64,000 nucleotides of DNA from Actinomycetales bacterium (GTDB lineage Bacteria > Actinomycetota > Actinomycetes > Actinomycetales > Dermatophilaceae): the NCBI GenBank assembly GCA_002748155.1, contig PDRO01000008.1, positions 1,998 through 65,997 on the forward strand, read 5' to 3'. Positions within the stretch are counted from its first letter, which is position 1; every line of letters starts with the position of its first letter. A program made the translations under genes and the position numbers. The notes under the pieces are model-generated. The model ran no database searches. It was not told the origin of the DNA and saw nothing but the letters and a program-made list of their open reading frames with translations. Positions 30,637 through 40,290 of this stretch are shown here, piece after piece.

Positions 30637-32769
30637 ATGTCTGCTCGTGCAATGGGTCCCACCTACGCTGGCGGCGCCCAGTCCGTCGTCCGCGACGGAT
30701 ACTCTATTCTTTACCTGCCTGATATCAACAACCAAGAACTCATTGCCACAGGCCAGTCGCCTGTCTACTACTTCGTCCCGAACCAAGTTCGGATGGCGAG
30801 GAAAAACGGTCCAGAAAGCGGCGATTATCTATTCAACCTCATCCGCTTCGCTGGAACTGGTGGCGATGGCGTCATCGGTGGCGCTGGAGAAACGGCAGGC
30901 GGCGTTCTGACATTCTCAGTCACCGGTGATCTACCCCCCAAAACCCGGAAGCAGGCCGAGTCGCATATTACCGAACTAGTGACCTCATGGGACGAGGCGT
31001 TCTGGGGCGCCAAAGCAGCCATGAAGCCCCCCGTATTCCGGCCCGCCATCGTCACTTCCTCGACTACGGCCATCTCCAACGTTGCGCCCACGCCACGAGG
31101 CTTTCCTGTGATGCTGCCAGAAGCGCGCGGGTCCTCCGCCGGGGAGATAGTCTATCGAGGCACGCTCGAGTCCCGCCCTCGCGACAGCAATGAATCGGAC
31201 TCGAATCTCGATCCGTGGTACTGGAAGATGGAAGGTCAAGGAACGGGGTCCATCGACCCTTCGGGCACGCATGCGTTCAGCGGGCTTCTTGGTGTCTATC
31301 CGACCAGCATCTGTTGGGCCGCCTTCCATGGCACAGCATCCCCGCTCATTGTCATACAGAACTACAAACTCAAAGTCTGGTCGCCTTTGATGAGCCTCAA
31401 GATTCATGGCAGCTGGGACAAAATATTCACCCACTTCTCCAAGGCAGCCGGTGCTGGAGTTCTTTGGTTCTCGGCCGGCATCAAGCACGAAATCAACGAA
31501 ATGGTTAAGAAGGGGGACATCGAAGTCGAGATGATAGTCGACCAGACCTTGCCGAACTCTAAGCAGATCGCGAAACAAATGCAAGAACGCAGCGATTTGG
31601 TGTTCACCAAGTTTATGGAGCAGGCCCAACGGGTTATTTTCGACCCCCCGATGCCCCAGGTGGAAGCCGCCCACGCATCCTCAGGTGGTGGCCTTTTTGG
31701 CCTATTCGGCGGTGGTTGTGCGCTCAACTACCGCCGTGACACGACGAGGCTGAGCCTTAGCTACGAGGAGACTTCCCAGTTCGCCTATCTGCAGGATCAC
31801 ACGATCAGCAGTTCGCTAGCGGGAATGTTCGACGAGATGCATGCCGACCCTGAGGCAGAACGCAAGTACTTCCAGACCGTCTACCTCGACGACTGGCCTC
31901 GGCGACTGGCCAGGGTGGTCCGTCCCGTCGTGCCGTGGCGTGATGCGACGGTCGATTTCGTTTCCGTGCAGGTCGGCTACCCCAACACCAACGGGGCCAT
32001 CAACTGGGAAGGGCACAGCTTTTCCGACACCGATGGCAATGATGGGACCTGGAAGTTCCAAACCGCGCAAAAGGCTTTGTCCGACGTATCATCGCCGCCT
32101 GCTAGTTGGAAACCCGACCTCACGTTCGTCAAGCGTAAAGTCCACTTGGCTGAACCACCGAGTGAAATCGAGGATCCGTATCGCCGGGTTCAGATCGAGC
32201 GCAACGTCATCGATCTCGATTCTGGTCCGCGCGGGTCACTCATTAACGACACGACTCTCGAAGTGCGAGCCGATTCGGCAGGCAGGCTCGCTGTCGGGCC
32301 GATCCAGTTGGGTGTGATGCTCACCGACGCGTCCCAGGTCGTCGAAGCCGTTTTCGAAGCCACGGACCCCGACGGAGAGCCACTGGGTCTCGCGCCCGTG
32401 CGGTTCCGGTGGAATCACTCTGATGTAGACACTGACCGGACGTGGACGATCTTCACCGGGGACCCAGATTTCAGGCCTTTCTACCGATACCAAGTCTCGG
32501 TGACCGTGAAGGGAACATTGTTCGAGCCCGGGCGGGCATGGACTGGGCCTTGGGTGAGCGCCAACGGCAACGGCCCCCTGGTCATCGACATCCCGAGGCC
32601 AGGTGACGACGGTGTCGTGACCCGCTCGATTCCTGAAGCTCGGGTGGCGGCTCTTCGCGCCTTGACTCGTGGAACAGCTGAGTCTCATCCAGTTGAGCGC
32701 AACGTGGCTGAAACGACCGGAGTCGCCGAGGACAAGACTGTCGTGCGTTTCCGCAATTATCAGGTGTGA
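30637..32769 (+). CDS. Uncharacterised 710-aa protein (island gene 1)
   Basis: A strong RBS (gaaaggagag) lies 7 nt before the ATG. The long ORF stays open in a region of reduced G+C. By eye I see no signal peptide, no transmembrane helix, no P-loop and no recognised catalytic motif. A Gly-rich hydrophobic patch (SSGGGLFGLFGGGCAL) sits mid-protein. Only 3 nt separate it from gene 2. Confidence 0.8.
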   Translation: MSARAMGPTYAGGAQSVVRDGYSILYLPDINNQELIATGQSPVYYFVPNQVRMARKNGPESGDYLFNLIRFAGTGGDGVIGGAGETAGGVLTFSVTGDLPPKTRKQAESHITELVTSWDEAFWGAKAAMKPPVFRPAIVTSSTTAISNVAPTPRGFPVMLPEARGSSAGEIVYRGTLESRPRDSNESDSNLDPWYWKMEGQGTGSIDPSGTHAFSGLLGVYPTSICWAAFHGTASPLIVIQNYKLKVWSPLMSLKIHGSWDKIFTHFSKAAGAGVLWFSAGIKHEINEMVKKGDIEVEMIVDQTLPNSKQIAKQMQERSDLVFTKFMEQAQRVIFDPPMPQVEAAHASSGGGLFGLFGGGCALNYRRDTTRLSLSYEETSQFAYLQDHTISSSLAGMFDEMHADPEAERKYFQTVYLDDWPRRLARVVRPVVPWRDATVDFVSVQVGYPNTNGAINWEGHSFSDTDGNDGTWKFQTAQKALSDVSSPPASWKPDLTFVKRKVHLAEPPSEIEDPYRRVQIERNVIDLDSGPRGSLINDTTLEVRADSAGRLAVGPIQLGVMLTDASQVVEAVFEATDPDGEPLGLAPVRFRWNHSDVDTDRTWTIFTGDPDFRPFYRYQVSVTVKGTLFEPGRAWTGPWVSANGNGPLVIDIPRPGDDGVVTRSIPEARVAALRALTRGTAESHPVERNVAETTGVAEDKTVVRFRNYQV

Positions 32770-32772
32770 ACC

Positions 32773-35283
32773 ATGAATACGGCAACGGTTGAGTTGGTTC
32801 GTGACGAAAAAGGGCGTGCCAGGCTGTCTGCAACGTTCCTCGTCACCCGCCTGCCCGCGCCCAATGAGCGGCTCGGAGATCTCGTTCACCACGCGAGCGT
32901 GGTGTTCGAGATCCGGGCAATCCCCGCCACCGGATGGCCACGCTGCACGACGCTGAGCGTCGATGGCGGGGAAACGCTCGAGCTGGAGGGCCCCTTCGCG
33001 CAGGCTGCTCTCCACCTGGTGGCCTCCGGTACGGCATCGGGTGAAGTGTTGCGCGCTCTGATACGCGGTTCCGGGGGACCCTTGGTGCGCGCCCATCTTG
33101 TCGGTGACTCGTGGCAGACCAGTTGCGAAGTGCCGCTGGGTGAACTCTTAGCATCTGAAATGCCGGACGATCATTGGTTGCATGTGACTACGACTGACTC
33201 GGACGGCCTCGTCGAAGTGGCACCAGTCCGACGGTCGCGAGGCGATGCTGATCGGTTTGTGACAGCTGGCTTGAAGCGTGCCAACAATGAAATAGTTCCG
33301 ATCAGCGTGGCGCTTCGACCCGACACGGCAAAACCTGTTCCGCTCATCCCGATCACGGCGATTGCCACTCCGCTGGTGACGATAGTTGCATCGCCACCCA
33401 CGCACGGTGGTCCGGTCCTTGGCCCGGTCACCGGGGCGATGCGAGACCGCGACAGTTCGGCTCAAGGCTGGTACCTGCCCGGCTGGAGCTGGGAAGCTCC
33501 AGGCCGGGGTCAGGTCGATCCCCAGGTCGCGCCATTCTCGTTTCGGATACGACGCGAGGGCTACACCATGGACGGTCGAGACGGGATTGTCGCGGTGGTG
33601 AGGTTCCGATTGTCCAAACAGGCTCCTGCTGGTCTTGATGTTTCCGCTCTGCGGGAGTTGCCGGCGCAGTATCGGGTTCAATTGGCCATCCCCTACCGGG
33701 ATGAGTCGGGTGAAGCCCGGATCGAATACCACGCGAGTACCCGGCAAGAGATCAATCAGGACGAGCTGATCGTGGACTTCGAGGTGCGTGACCAATGGGC
33801 GCGCATGGCCTACGGTGCACTCTCCACACCCGGTTTCCAAAGTGCTGGTGCGCAGCTCGTGGTGACCGCGACGTACTCGGGATGGCGCTTGCAGCGTCGA
33901 CGAATCGTTGGGGAGAAGATTGCTGTGGGCCTGGCCGGGCGCGAAGAGTTGCGCCCATCGTTATCGATGTTGGCCGGTGCGCGAGTTAATCTGAAGCCGA
34001 TCGCTCACCGAGTCGACATATCAGCGCTGCTTGAAGTCACGAAATCAGAATTAGTGTGGTCTCAGGTCACAGAGCGGTTGGATTCCATTGAGGTTCTGGT
34101 CGACTGCGCTATCTCGGGTGAGCTCTACCGGATGCTCGACCAGGGCCTGGACACGGCGCTGGGTTGCCAGCCCGTATTCAGTCTGGGGCAAGGGGAACCG
34201 AGGACCCACGAGGTTGTCGACGTGACAGCGGCGAGCGGCCGTGCCACGATCTTGCGTAGCCTGACCCGGCCGCGCCGGTTCTTGGTTGTGCCGGCAACGT
34301 ACTGCATCGGACGCTATGGCCCCGATGTGCAGGACGTGGCCTACCAGCCGTCGTTGTTGCTGCACTCAACCATCGACGTGGATTCCCCAGAGAACATTCG
34401 TTGTGTCATCGCAGCCGGGCTGCAGATGGATGTTCCTGGGCATCTTATGGCTCAGGTTGAGGCGGAGCTCGCTGGCGTTGAAGGCGGACCGGTGGTGCTT
34501 GAGTCACCCTGGGAGGCAGGTCTCATCCCCACTGTGGATTGGGCGTTGCCCAGTGCGACGACGGTAGAGTGCCTCGCCTGCGACACCGGATTCCAGCTCA
34601 TCGTGTCTAGCGACGTGCCTGGTTTCCTCACTCTGCAATCGTTGCTGCGCACTGCCGGAGTCAGTGGACTGGCCACCTATACGCTGCCCGACGGCACGGA
34701 AGTCACTTCCCAGTTGAGGTTGGCGTTGGATCGCGTAGTCGGCCCTTATCCTCACGGTGGAATTCGCCTCAGTGCTAATGGCTCTGAGGTGGAGCTTCGC
34801 AACGAGCTAACGCGGCGGGTTGCTGTTGGCGAATTGCTCCACAGGGGAGTGAAGGTGGCATCGATCGACGAGATTCTCGCCCCCGGTGATAGCACGCGGG
34901 TGGCTTGTTCTGAAACCACTGATCTGACCGTGAATAGTCACGTTGAACCCGGCTCGGAGACCCTGAACGAGATGCGGGCCTACGTCGAGGATCTGCAACT
35001 CAACCTCGTTCTCGTCGCCACGAAGGAGATTCCTCAAGGGGACAGCATCGATGTCGTCGTCACGATGAGAGATGATGGCGCGCGCGCTGAAGTCAGCCTC
35101 AATGACAGCAAACGCCAAGCCGATGTCACATTCACCCTTCCGCTGACCCGCTATCTTGCTGATCCGCAGCTAGACGTAACCACTTCCCGTGGTGGTTTGC
35201 GACTCGAGTCCTTCACATGGGCAGTTCGGACTCAGGGAGTTCTAATTCCACTATCCGTTCCTGAAGAAAGGCCTGTATCATGA
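32773..35283 (+). CDS. Uncharacterised 836-aa protein (island gene 2)
   Basis: The ATG is 3 nt after the gene-1 stop, and its own stop overlaps the gene-3 start (ATGA at 35280-35283). Composition looks beta-rich. I recognise no transmembrane segment, signal peptide or nucleotide-binding motif. Confidence 0.8.
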   Translation: MNTATVELVRDEKGRARLSATFLVTRLPAPNERLGDLVHHASVVFEIRAIPATGWPRCTTLSVDGGETLELEGPFAQAALHLVASGTASGEVLRALIRGSGGPLVRAHLVGDSWQTSCEVPLGELLASEMPDDHWLHVTTTDSDGLVEVAPVRRSRGDADRFVTAGLKRANNEIVPISVALRPDTAKPVPLIPITAIATPLVTIVASPPTHGGPVLGPVTGAMRDRDSSAQGWYLPGWSWEAPGRGQVDPQVAPFSFRIRREGYTMDGRDGIVAVVRFRLSKQAPAGLDVSALRELPAQYRVQLAIPYRDESGEARIEYHASTRQEINQDELIVDFEVRDQWARMAYGALSTPGFQSAGAQLVVTATYSGWRLQRRRIVGEKIAVGLAGREELRPSLSMLAGARVNLKPIAHRVDISALLEVTKSELVWSQVTERLDSIEVLVDCAISGELYRMLDQGLDTALGCQPVFSLGQGEPRTHEVVDVTAASGRATILRSLTRPRRFLVVPATYCIGRYGPDVQDVAYQPSLLLHSTIDVDSPENIRCVIAAGLQMDVPGHLMAQVEAELAGVEGGPVVLESPWEAGLIPTVDWALPSATTVECLACDTGFQLIVSSDVPGFLTLQSLLRTAGVSGLATYTLPDGTEVTSQLRLALDRVVGPYPHGGIRLSANGSEVELRNELTRRVAVGELLHRGVKVASIDEILAPGDSTRVACSETTDLTVNSHVEPGSETLNEMRAYVEDLQLNLVLVATKEIPQGDSIDVVVTMRDDGARAEVSLNDSKRQADVTFTLPLTRYLADPQLDVTTSRGGLRLESFTWAVRTQGVLIPLSVPEERPVS

Positions 35284-36629
35284 CTGGGTATTCACTTCAC
35301 ATCGGCCTGAACGACGTCGATCATTCTGCTTATCCTTCTGACTGGGATCCTTGGCTACCGACTTGCCACAACGATGCCAACGACATGCGGGATATTGCGG
35401 TGTCACAGGGCTTCCTTCCGACCGTGATGCTCGACTCGCAGGCTACCTCCTCGGCTGTGCTCAGCGCCATTGCCGGTCTGGCGAGGAAATGCGGCAGAGG
35501 TGACATCGCACTCATCACATTCGCCGGTCACGGTGGTCAGGTTGACGACTTCAACGGCGACGAGCCTGATCACTATGACGAGACATGGGTTTTGTGGGAT
35601 CGGCAGGTCACGGACGACGAGTTACATGCGGTCTACCGACAATTTCCTGCAGGCAGTCGGATCGTCGTTGTTTCCGACTCGTGCCACAGCGGCACCGTGG
35701 TGCGTTCCAAACTCTCCCTGGCGATGCGTGATGCCATTATTGGAATTCGGGAGGAGATCGGCGAAGAGGTCGTTGTCGAGCCAGGCGTCCCGCGTGCGAT
35801 GCCTGTGGGCACGGCGATTCGTGACGCGCGCGACCGAGCCGAGATTTATGCCATGGCTCAAGCAATCGCGGGGCCCAGGAGTACTAGTTTGGCTGCTGAA
35901 CTGATCCTGATAGCGGGATGCCAAGATCACCAGTTCGCCTTTGAGGGAGAAACGAACGGCGCGTTTACGGGCGCGCTCAAATCGGTTTGGGATGAAGGGA
36001 AATTCCAGGGAGACTATCCGCAGATGGTCAAGCGAATTGCCTCACGGATGCCAAGCGACCAGGTCCCGAATTACTTCACGATCTCAGCCAGTGCGGGGTT
36101 CCAGCGGCAGCGACCGTTCACCGTGGCCGACCCTGCCGCTGGCGGATCGGGTCCGCCGCCCCCGGCACCTCCGGGTGGCCGTCCGACACTCCGGCAGGGT
36201 TCTCGCGGTGAAGATGTGCGTGACTTGCAGCAATTGCTGATCAATCACGGATACTGGCTGGACGTCGACGGTATTTTTGGTGGGGAAACGGCTCGTGCGG
36301 TGCGTGACTTCCAACGTTCGAAAGGCCTGACTGTCGACGGTGTAGTGGGTGCTCAGACGTGGGCAGCGCTGGAGGGGGCAGGCTCCCCGTCGCATCCGAC
36401 GCCCGATCCCACGCCGCCGTCGACATCGTCGCGGCGGACGATCCGTCGCGGTGATAGAGGCGACGACGTCCTATACCTACAGCAACAGCTGAATAGCTTG
36501 GGGTATCGGCTAAGCGTGGACGGGATCTTCGGTTGGGTGACGGAATCGGCGGTCCGATCGTTCCAGAGCTCTCGTGGGCTGACTGCCGACGGGATCGTGG
36601 GACCGATGACGTGGGCTGCGCTTGGTTAA
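35280..36629 (+). CDS. Caspase-like cysteine peptidase (C14/metacaspase fold) fused to two PG_binding_1-type peptidoglycan-binding repeats (island gene 3)
   Basis: The N-terminal ~270 aa carry the caspase dyad in canonical contexts: ALITFAGHGG (His84, nt 35529-35531) and IVVVSDSCHSG (Cys135, nt 35682-35684). A Pro/Gly linker follows. Then come two ~65-aa repeats (LRQGSRGEDVRDLQQLLINHGYWLDVDGIFGGETARAVRDFQRSKGLTVDGVVGAQTWAAL and IRRGDRGDDVLYLQQQLNSLGYRLSVDGIFGWVTESAVRSFQSSRGLTADGIVGPMTWAAL) typical of PG_binding_1. No signal peptide is visible. Confidence 0.85.
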   Translation: MTGYSLHIGLNDVDHSAYPSDWDPWLPTCHNDANDMRDIAVSQGFLPTVMLDSQATSSAVLSAIAGLARKCGRGDIALITFAGHGGQVDDFNGDEPDHYDETWVLWDRQVTDDELHAVYRQFPAGSRIVVVSDSCHSGTVVRSKLSLAMRDAIIGIREEIGEEVVVEPGVPRAMPVGTAIRDARDRAEIYAMAQAIAGPRSTSLAAELILIAGCQDHQFAFEGETNGAFTGALKSVWDEGKFQGDYPQMVKRIASRMPSDQVPNYFTISASAGFQRQRPFTVADPAAGGSGPPPPAPPGGRPTLRQGSRGEDVRDLQQLLINHGYWLDVDGIFGGETARAVRDFQRSKGLTVDGVVGAQTWAALEGAGSPSHPTPDPTPPSTSSRRTIRRGDRGDDVLYLQQQLNSLGYRLSVDGIFGWVTESAVRSFQSSRGLTADGIVGPMTWAALG

Positions 36630-36646
36630 CGCCTGCTCCGGTGGTT

Positions 36647-36682
36647 GAGCCGGGCCGTGCGCGACAGTGAATGGCCCGGCTC
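36647..36682 (+). terminator. Stem-loop immediately after the island operon (possible intrinsic terminator)
   Basis: A perfect 10-bp inverted repeat, gagccgggcc (36647-36656) and ggcccggctc (36673-36682), flanks a 16-nt loop and starts 18 nt after the gene-3 stop. There is no U-tract, which is common in actinobacteria. Confidence 0.45.
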
Positions 36683-36856
36683 GAAATCGTCTCGTACCTG
36701 ACGTCGTTTCATGTGATGGGCAGTTTCGAGAGGCTCGCAGGCATTCGCCTAGCCAGCAGTGGTGGGGTCCGAATCCCGCCGGGGGAGCACAATCACGTCC
36801 CCGTCGCTCACGTCGCACCGCGTGCGACACGTGGACGACGTGAAAGGATCGGGTGC

Positions 36857-38080
36857 ATGCTGCGCTGGCTCACTGCGGGGGAGTCCCACGGTCCTGCCCT
36901 GGTCGCCATCATCGAAGGACTGCCGGCTGGTGTCGAGGTCACGACCACCGATCTCGCTGCCGCGCTGGCGCGTCGGCGCCTCGGCTACGGCCGCGGAGCG
37001 CGGATGTCTTTCGAGCAGGACGAGGTCGAAGTCCTGAGCGGGGTCCGGCACGGACGGACCCTCGGGTCTCCGGTGGCGATCCGGATCGGGAACTCCGAGT
37101 GGCCGAAGTGGCAGACCGTGATGAGCGCGGACCCGGTCGAGGCAGCGGCATACGCGGCAGCTGACGATGTCAATGCCGAGCGTGAGATCGCCCGGAACAA
37201 GCCGCTCACCCGGCCCCGTCCGGGGCACGCCGACCTGGTCGGGATGCAGAAATACGGCTTCGATGACGCCCGGCCGGTGCTCGAGCGGGCCTCGGCCCGG
37301 GAAACCGCGGCCCGGGTGGCCCTCGGCGAGGTTGCCGCCCGGCTGTTGCAGCAGGCCTACGGGGTGCAGCTGGTGTCGCACACGGTCGCCATCGGTGGTG
37401 CCGGTGTCGACGACAGTGCTCCACTGCCAGGCCCCGGGGACGTGGCGGCACTCGATGCCGACCCGGTGCGTGCCTTCGAGACCGCCGGGTCGGCGGCCAT
37501 GGTGGCCGAGGTCGACGCGGCGAAACGGGCCGGCGACACGCTCGGTGGCGTCGTCGAAGTGATCGCCTACGGACTGCCGCCCGGCCTCGGGTCACATGTG
37601 CACTGGGATCGGCGGCTGGACGCCCGACTGGCCGGCGCCCTGATGAGTGTCCAAGCGATCAAAGGGGTCGAAGTCGGCGACGGCTTCCGGACGGCGACCC
37701 GGCGGGGTAGCGCCGCCCACGACGAGATGGAGCGCGGCGCTGACGGGGTCATCCGTCGGCGCACTGGCCGGGCCGGCGGCACCGAGGGCGGCATGTCGGT
37801 CGGCGGGATGCTGCGGGTGCGTGCCGCGATGAAACCGATCTCGACCGTGCCCCGGGCCCTGGGCACCGTCGATGTCGCCAGCGACGAGCCGGCCACCGCC
37901 ATCCACCAACGCTCCGACGTGTGCGCCGTGCCCGCCGCCGGGGTGGTTGCCGAAGCCATGGTCGCGCTCGTGCTCGCCGAGGCGTGCCTGGAGAAGTTCG
38001 GTGGCGATTCGGTCACCGAGACCGCCCGCAACCACACGGCCTACCTGGAGGCCATCCCGGAGCGGATGCGCTCGTGGTGA
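36857..38080 (+). CDS. aroC: Chorismate synthase
   Basis: The canonical N-terminus [25 protein letters not shown] is present, with GRSSARETA-like ([12 protein letters not shown]) and GGMS motifs. A gaaagga RBS precedes the ATG at 36857. The longer ORF-track start at 36671 is rejected. Confidence 0.9.
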   Translation: MLRWLTAGESHGPALVAIIEGLPAGVEVTTTDLAAALARRRLGYGRGARMSFEQDEVEVLSGVRHGRTLGSPVAIRIGNSEWPKWQTVMSADPVEAAAYAAADDVNAEREIARNKPLTRPRPGHADLVGMQKYGFDDARPVLERASARETAARVALGEVAARLLQQAYGVQLVSHTVAIGGAGVDDSAPLPGPGDVAALDADPVRAFETAGSAAMVAEVDAAKRAGDTLGGVVEVIAYGLPPGLGSHVHWDRRLDARLAGALMSVQAIKGVEVGDGFRTATRRGSAAHDEMERGADGVIRRRTGRAGGTEGGMSVGGMLRVRAAMKPISTVPRALGTVDVASDEPATAIHQRSDVCAVPAAGVVAEAMVALVLAEACLEKFGGDSVTETARNHTAYLEAIPERMRSW

Positions 38081-38688
38081 ACCAGCACGAGCAGCACCCG
38101 ACACCCGGCGTCGACGACTCCGGCGAGCCGGGTGGCTCGACTGGGAAGGACCCCGCTCGGCCGCGAGTCGTGCTCATCGGCCCACCCGGGGCCGGCAAGA
38201 GCACGACCGGCGCTCTGCTCGCCGAGCGGCTCGGGGTCGTGGTGCACGACACGGACGCCGCCGTCGAGGCCGAAGCCGGGCGTTCGATCTCGGACATCTT
38301 TCTCACCGCGGGCGAGTCCGGCTTCCGCGCGCTCGAGAAGGCCGCCGTCGCGGCGGCCTTGCGTGATCAGCGTGGGGTCGTGGCCTTGGGCGGGGGTGCG
38401 GTGCTCGACCCCGACACGCAGTCCTTGCTCGCCGGTCACCAGGTCATCTTCCTCGACGTGGGGATCGCCGACGCGGCAGACCGGATCGGTTTCAACCGGT
38501 CTCGGCCGCTGCTCGCAGTCAATCCCCGGGCCACATGGGTTGCCCTCATGGATGCCCGCCGGCCGATCTACCAGCGGTTGGGCCGGCTCCGAGTCGACAC
38601 CACAGGCCGGTCGGCGGAACAGGTCTGCGACGACATCCTTGCCTGGCTGAGGTGCCCGACGACAACGGAGGGACGAGGCGATGACTGA
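38077..38688 (+). CDS. aroK: Shikimate kinase
   Basis: Walker A is GPPGAGKST, followed by DTD and GGG motifs. The GTG start overlaps the aroC stop (GTGA). The N-terminal ~25 aa are a low-complexity extension, so the start is uncertain by a few codons. Confidence 0.85.
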   Translation: MNQHEQHPTPGVDDSGEPGGSTGKDPARPRVVLIGPPGAGKSTTGALLAERLGVVVHDTDAAVEAEAGRSISDIFLTAGESGFRALEKAAVAAALRDQRGVVALGGGAVLDPDTQSLLAGHQVIFLDVGIADAADRIGFNRSRPLLAVNPRATWVALMDARRPIYQRLGRLRVDTTGRSAEQVCDDILAWLRCPTTTEGRGDD

Positions 38689-39826
38689 ACCGGCCAACGG
38701 GCTCACCAGGGTGCCGGTCGGCACCGACTACGACGTGCTCGTCGGGCGCGGGGCACGTGCAGCCATCGCCGGATCACTGCCGGATCGAGCTGCGAAAGTG
38801 CTTGTCGTCTCGACGGATTCGGTGCAGGCGATCGCCGAATCGGTGACCAGCGCCATCCGCGCCGCCGGCCGGGAAGTGCTGCTCGAGCTGGTCCCGGATG
38901 CCGAAGCGGCCAAGACCGCGGCCGTGGCCGCCGGGTTGTGGGCCCGGCTCGGACAAGCCGGCTTCACCCGCTCGGATGCCGTCGTCGGGGTCGGCGGCGG
39001 AGCGGTCACCGACCTGGCCGGTTTCGTTGCGGCGACCTGGCTCCGTGGGGTGGCTCTCGTGCAGGTGCCCACCAGCTTGGCCGGGATGGTCGACGCGGCG
39101 ATCGGTGGCAAGACCGGCATCAACACCGGTGAAGGTAAGAACCTCGTGGGGGCCTTCTACCCCCCGGGCGCCGTCCTCTGCGACATCGACACACTGGCCA
39201 CGCTGCCCCCGGCCGAGCTAGTCACCGGGATGGCCGAGGTCGTCAAGCACGGCTTCATCGCCGACCCGACCACCCTCGAGCTCATCGAGGCCGACCCGGC
39301 CGCTGCCGTCGACCCGGGCGGATCGGCGCTGCCCGACCTGGTCGTGCGCTCGGTGCGGGTCAAGGCGCGGGTCGTCGCCGCTGACCTGCGGGAAGCCTCG
39401 CTGCGCGAGATCCTCAACTACGGCCACACCTTCGGGCACGCGATCGAGCAGGTCGAGGGCTACACCTGGCGACATGGGCACGCGGTCGCGGTCGGGCTGC
39501 GGTATGCCGCTACGCTCGGTGCGCTCGCCGGTCGCACCCCAGCCGCGCTGGTGACCCGGCATACCGAGATCCTCGCCGCACTGGGGTTGCCGGTGCACTA
39601 CCCGGATGCCGACGGCAGCCGATGGCCGCAGTTGCTGGCTGCGATGCGAGTCGACAAGAAGAGCCGCGGGTCGTTGTTGCGGTTCGTCGTCCTCGACGAC
39701 CTGGCCCAGCCCGGTCGGCTGGAAGGCCCGGACGAGCAGCTGCTGCGCACGGCATACGACGTGGTCCGTGGCACCGGCGGCCGCGCCGGCGACTCTGCCG
39801 GCTCGGACGACTCCCGCCTACAGTGA
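38681..39826 (+). CDS. aroB: 3-dehydroquinate synthase
   Basis: Motifs present: [26 protein letters not shown] and [11 protein letters not shown] (metal-binding His residues). Confidence 0.9.
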   Translation: MTEPANGLTRVPVGTDYDVLVGRGARAAIAGSLPDRAAKVLVVSTDSVQAIAESVTSAIRAAGREVLLELVPDAEAAKTAAVAAGLWARLGQAGFTRSDAVVGVGGGAVTDLAGFVAATWLRGVALVQVPTSLAGMVDAAIGGKTGINTGEGKNLVGAFYPPGAVLCDIDTLATLPPAELVTGMAEVVKHGFIADPTTLELIEADPAAAVDPGGSALPDLVVRSVRVKARVVAADLREASLREILNYGHTFGHAIEQVEGYTWRHGHAVAVGLRYAATLGALAGRTPAALVTRHTEILAALGLPVHYPDADGSRWPQLLAAMRVDKKSRGSLLRFVVLDDLAQPGRLEGPDEQLLRTAYDVVRGTGGRAGDSAGSDDSRLQ

Positions 39827-39830
39827 TCGC

Positions 39831-40268
39831 ATGGATGTCCTGCTGCTCAACGGCCCGAATCTCAACCTGCTGGGCACTCGCGAGCCCGAGGTCTACGGCA
39901 CGACGACGTTGCCCGAGATCGAGGCGCTGGTGCGGGACCGGCTCGCGGTGGCCGGGTTGAGCCTCGACACGATGCAGAGCAACCACGAAGGCGCAATCGT
40001 TGACCGGCTGCACGCCGCACGCACCGACGACACCAGATTCGTCATCATCAACCCGGGCGCGTTCACCCACACGAGCATCGCGATCCGCGACGCCTTCGAG
40101 GCAGTCCAGGTGCCATTCGTCGAGGTGCATCTGTCGAACGTCCACGCCCGCGAGGCGTTCCGGCGCCAGTCCTACCTGTCGGACATCGCAGTCGGCGTGA
40201 TCACCGGTTTCGGAGCGCAGGGTTACGAGCTGGCCGTCGAGGTCGCCGTGAAACGGCTCGCCACCTGA
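39831..40268 (+). CDS. aroQ: Type II 3-dehydroquinate dehydratase
   Basis: Motifs present: [46 protein letters not shown]. The start is set to the ATG at 39831. Confidence 0.9.
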   Translation: MDVLLLNGPNLNLLGTREPEVYGTTTLPEIEALVRDRLAVAGLSLDTMQSNHEGAIVDRLHAARTDDTRFVIINPGAFTHTSIAIRDAFEAVQVPFVEVHLSNVHAREAFRRQSYLSDIAVGVITGFGAQGYELAVEVAVKRLAT

Positions 40269-40290
40269 GCCGCACCGTCGGCATCCGCTG

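Noticed and set aside
30637-32769. Whether island gene 1 could be a bacterial gasdermin, given the adjacent caspase-like protease
   Set aside because: Bacterial gasdermins are about 240-300 aa and usually sit directly upstream of the protease. This protein is 710 aa, is separated from the protease by another 836-aa gene, and shows no similarity I can recognise. The analogy is kept only as a functional hypothesis.
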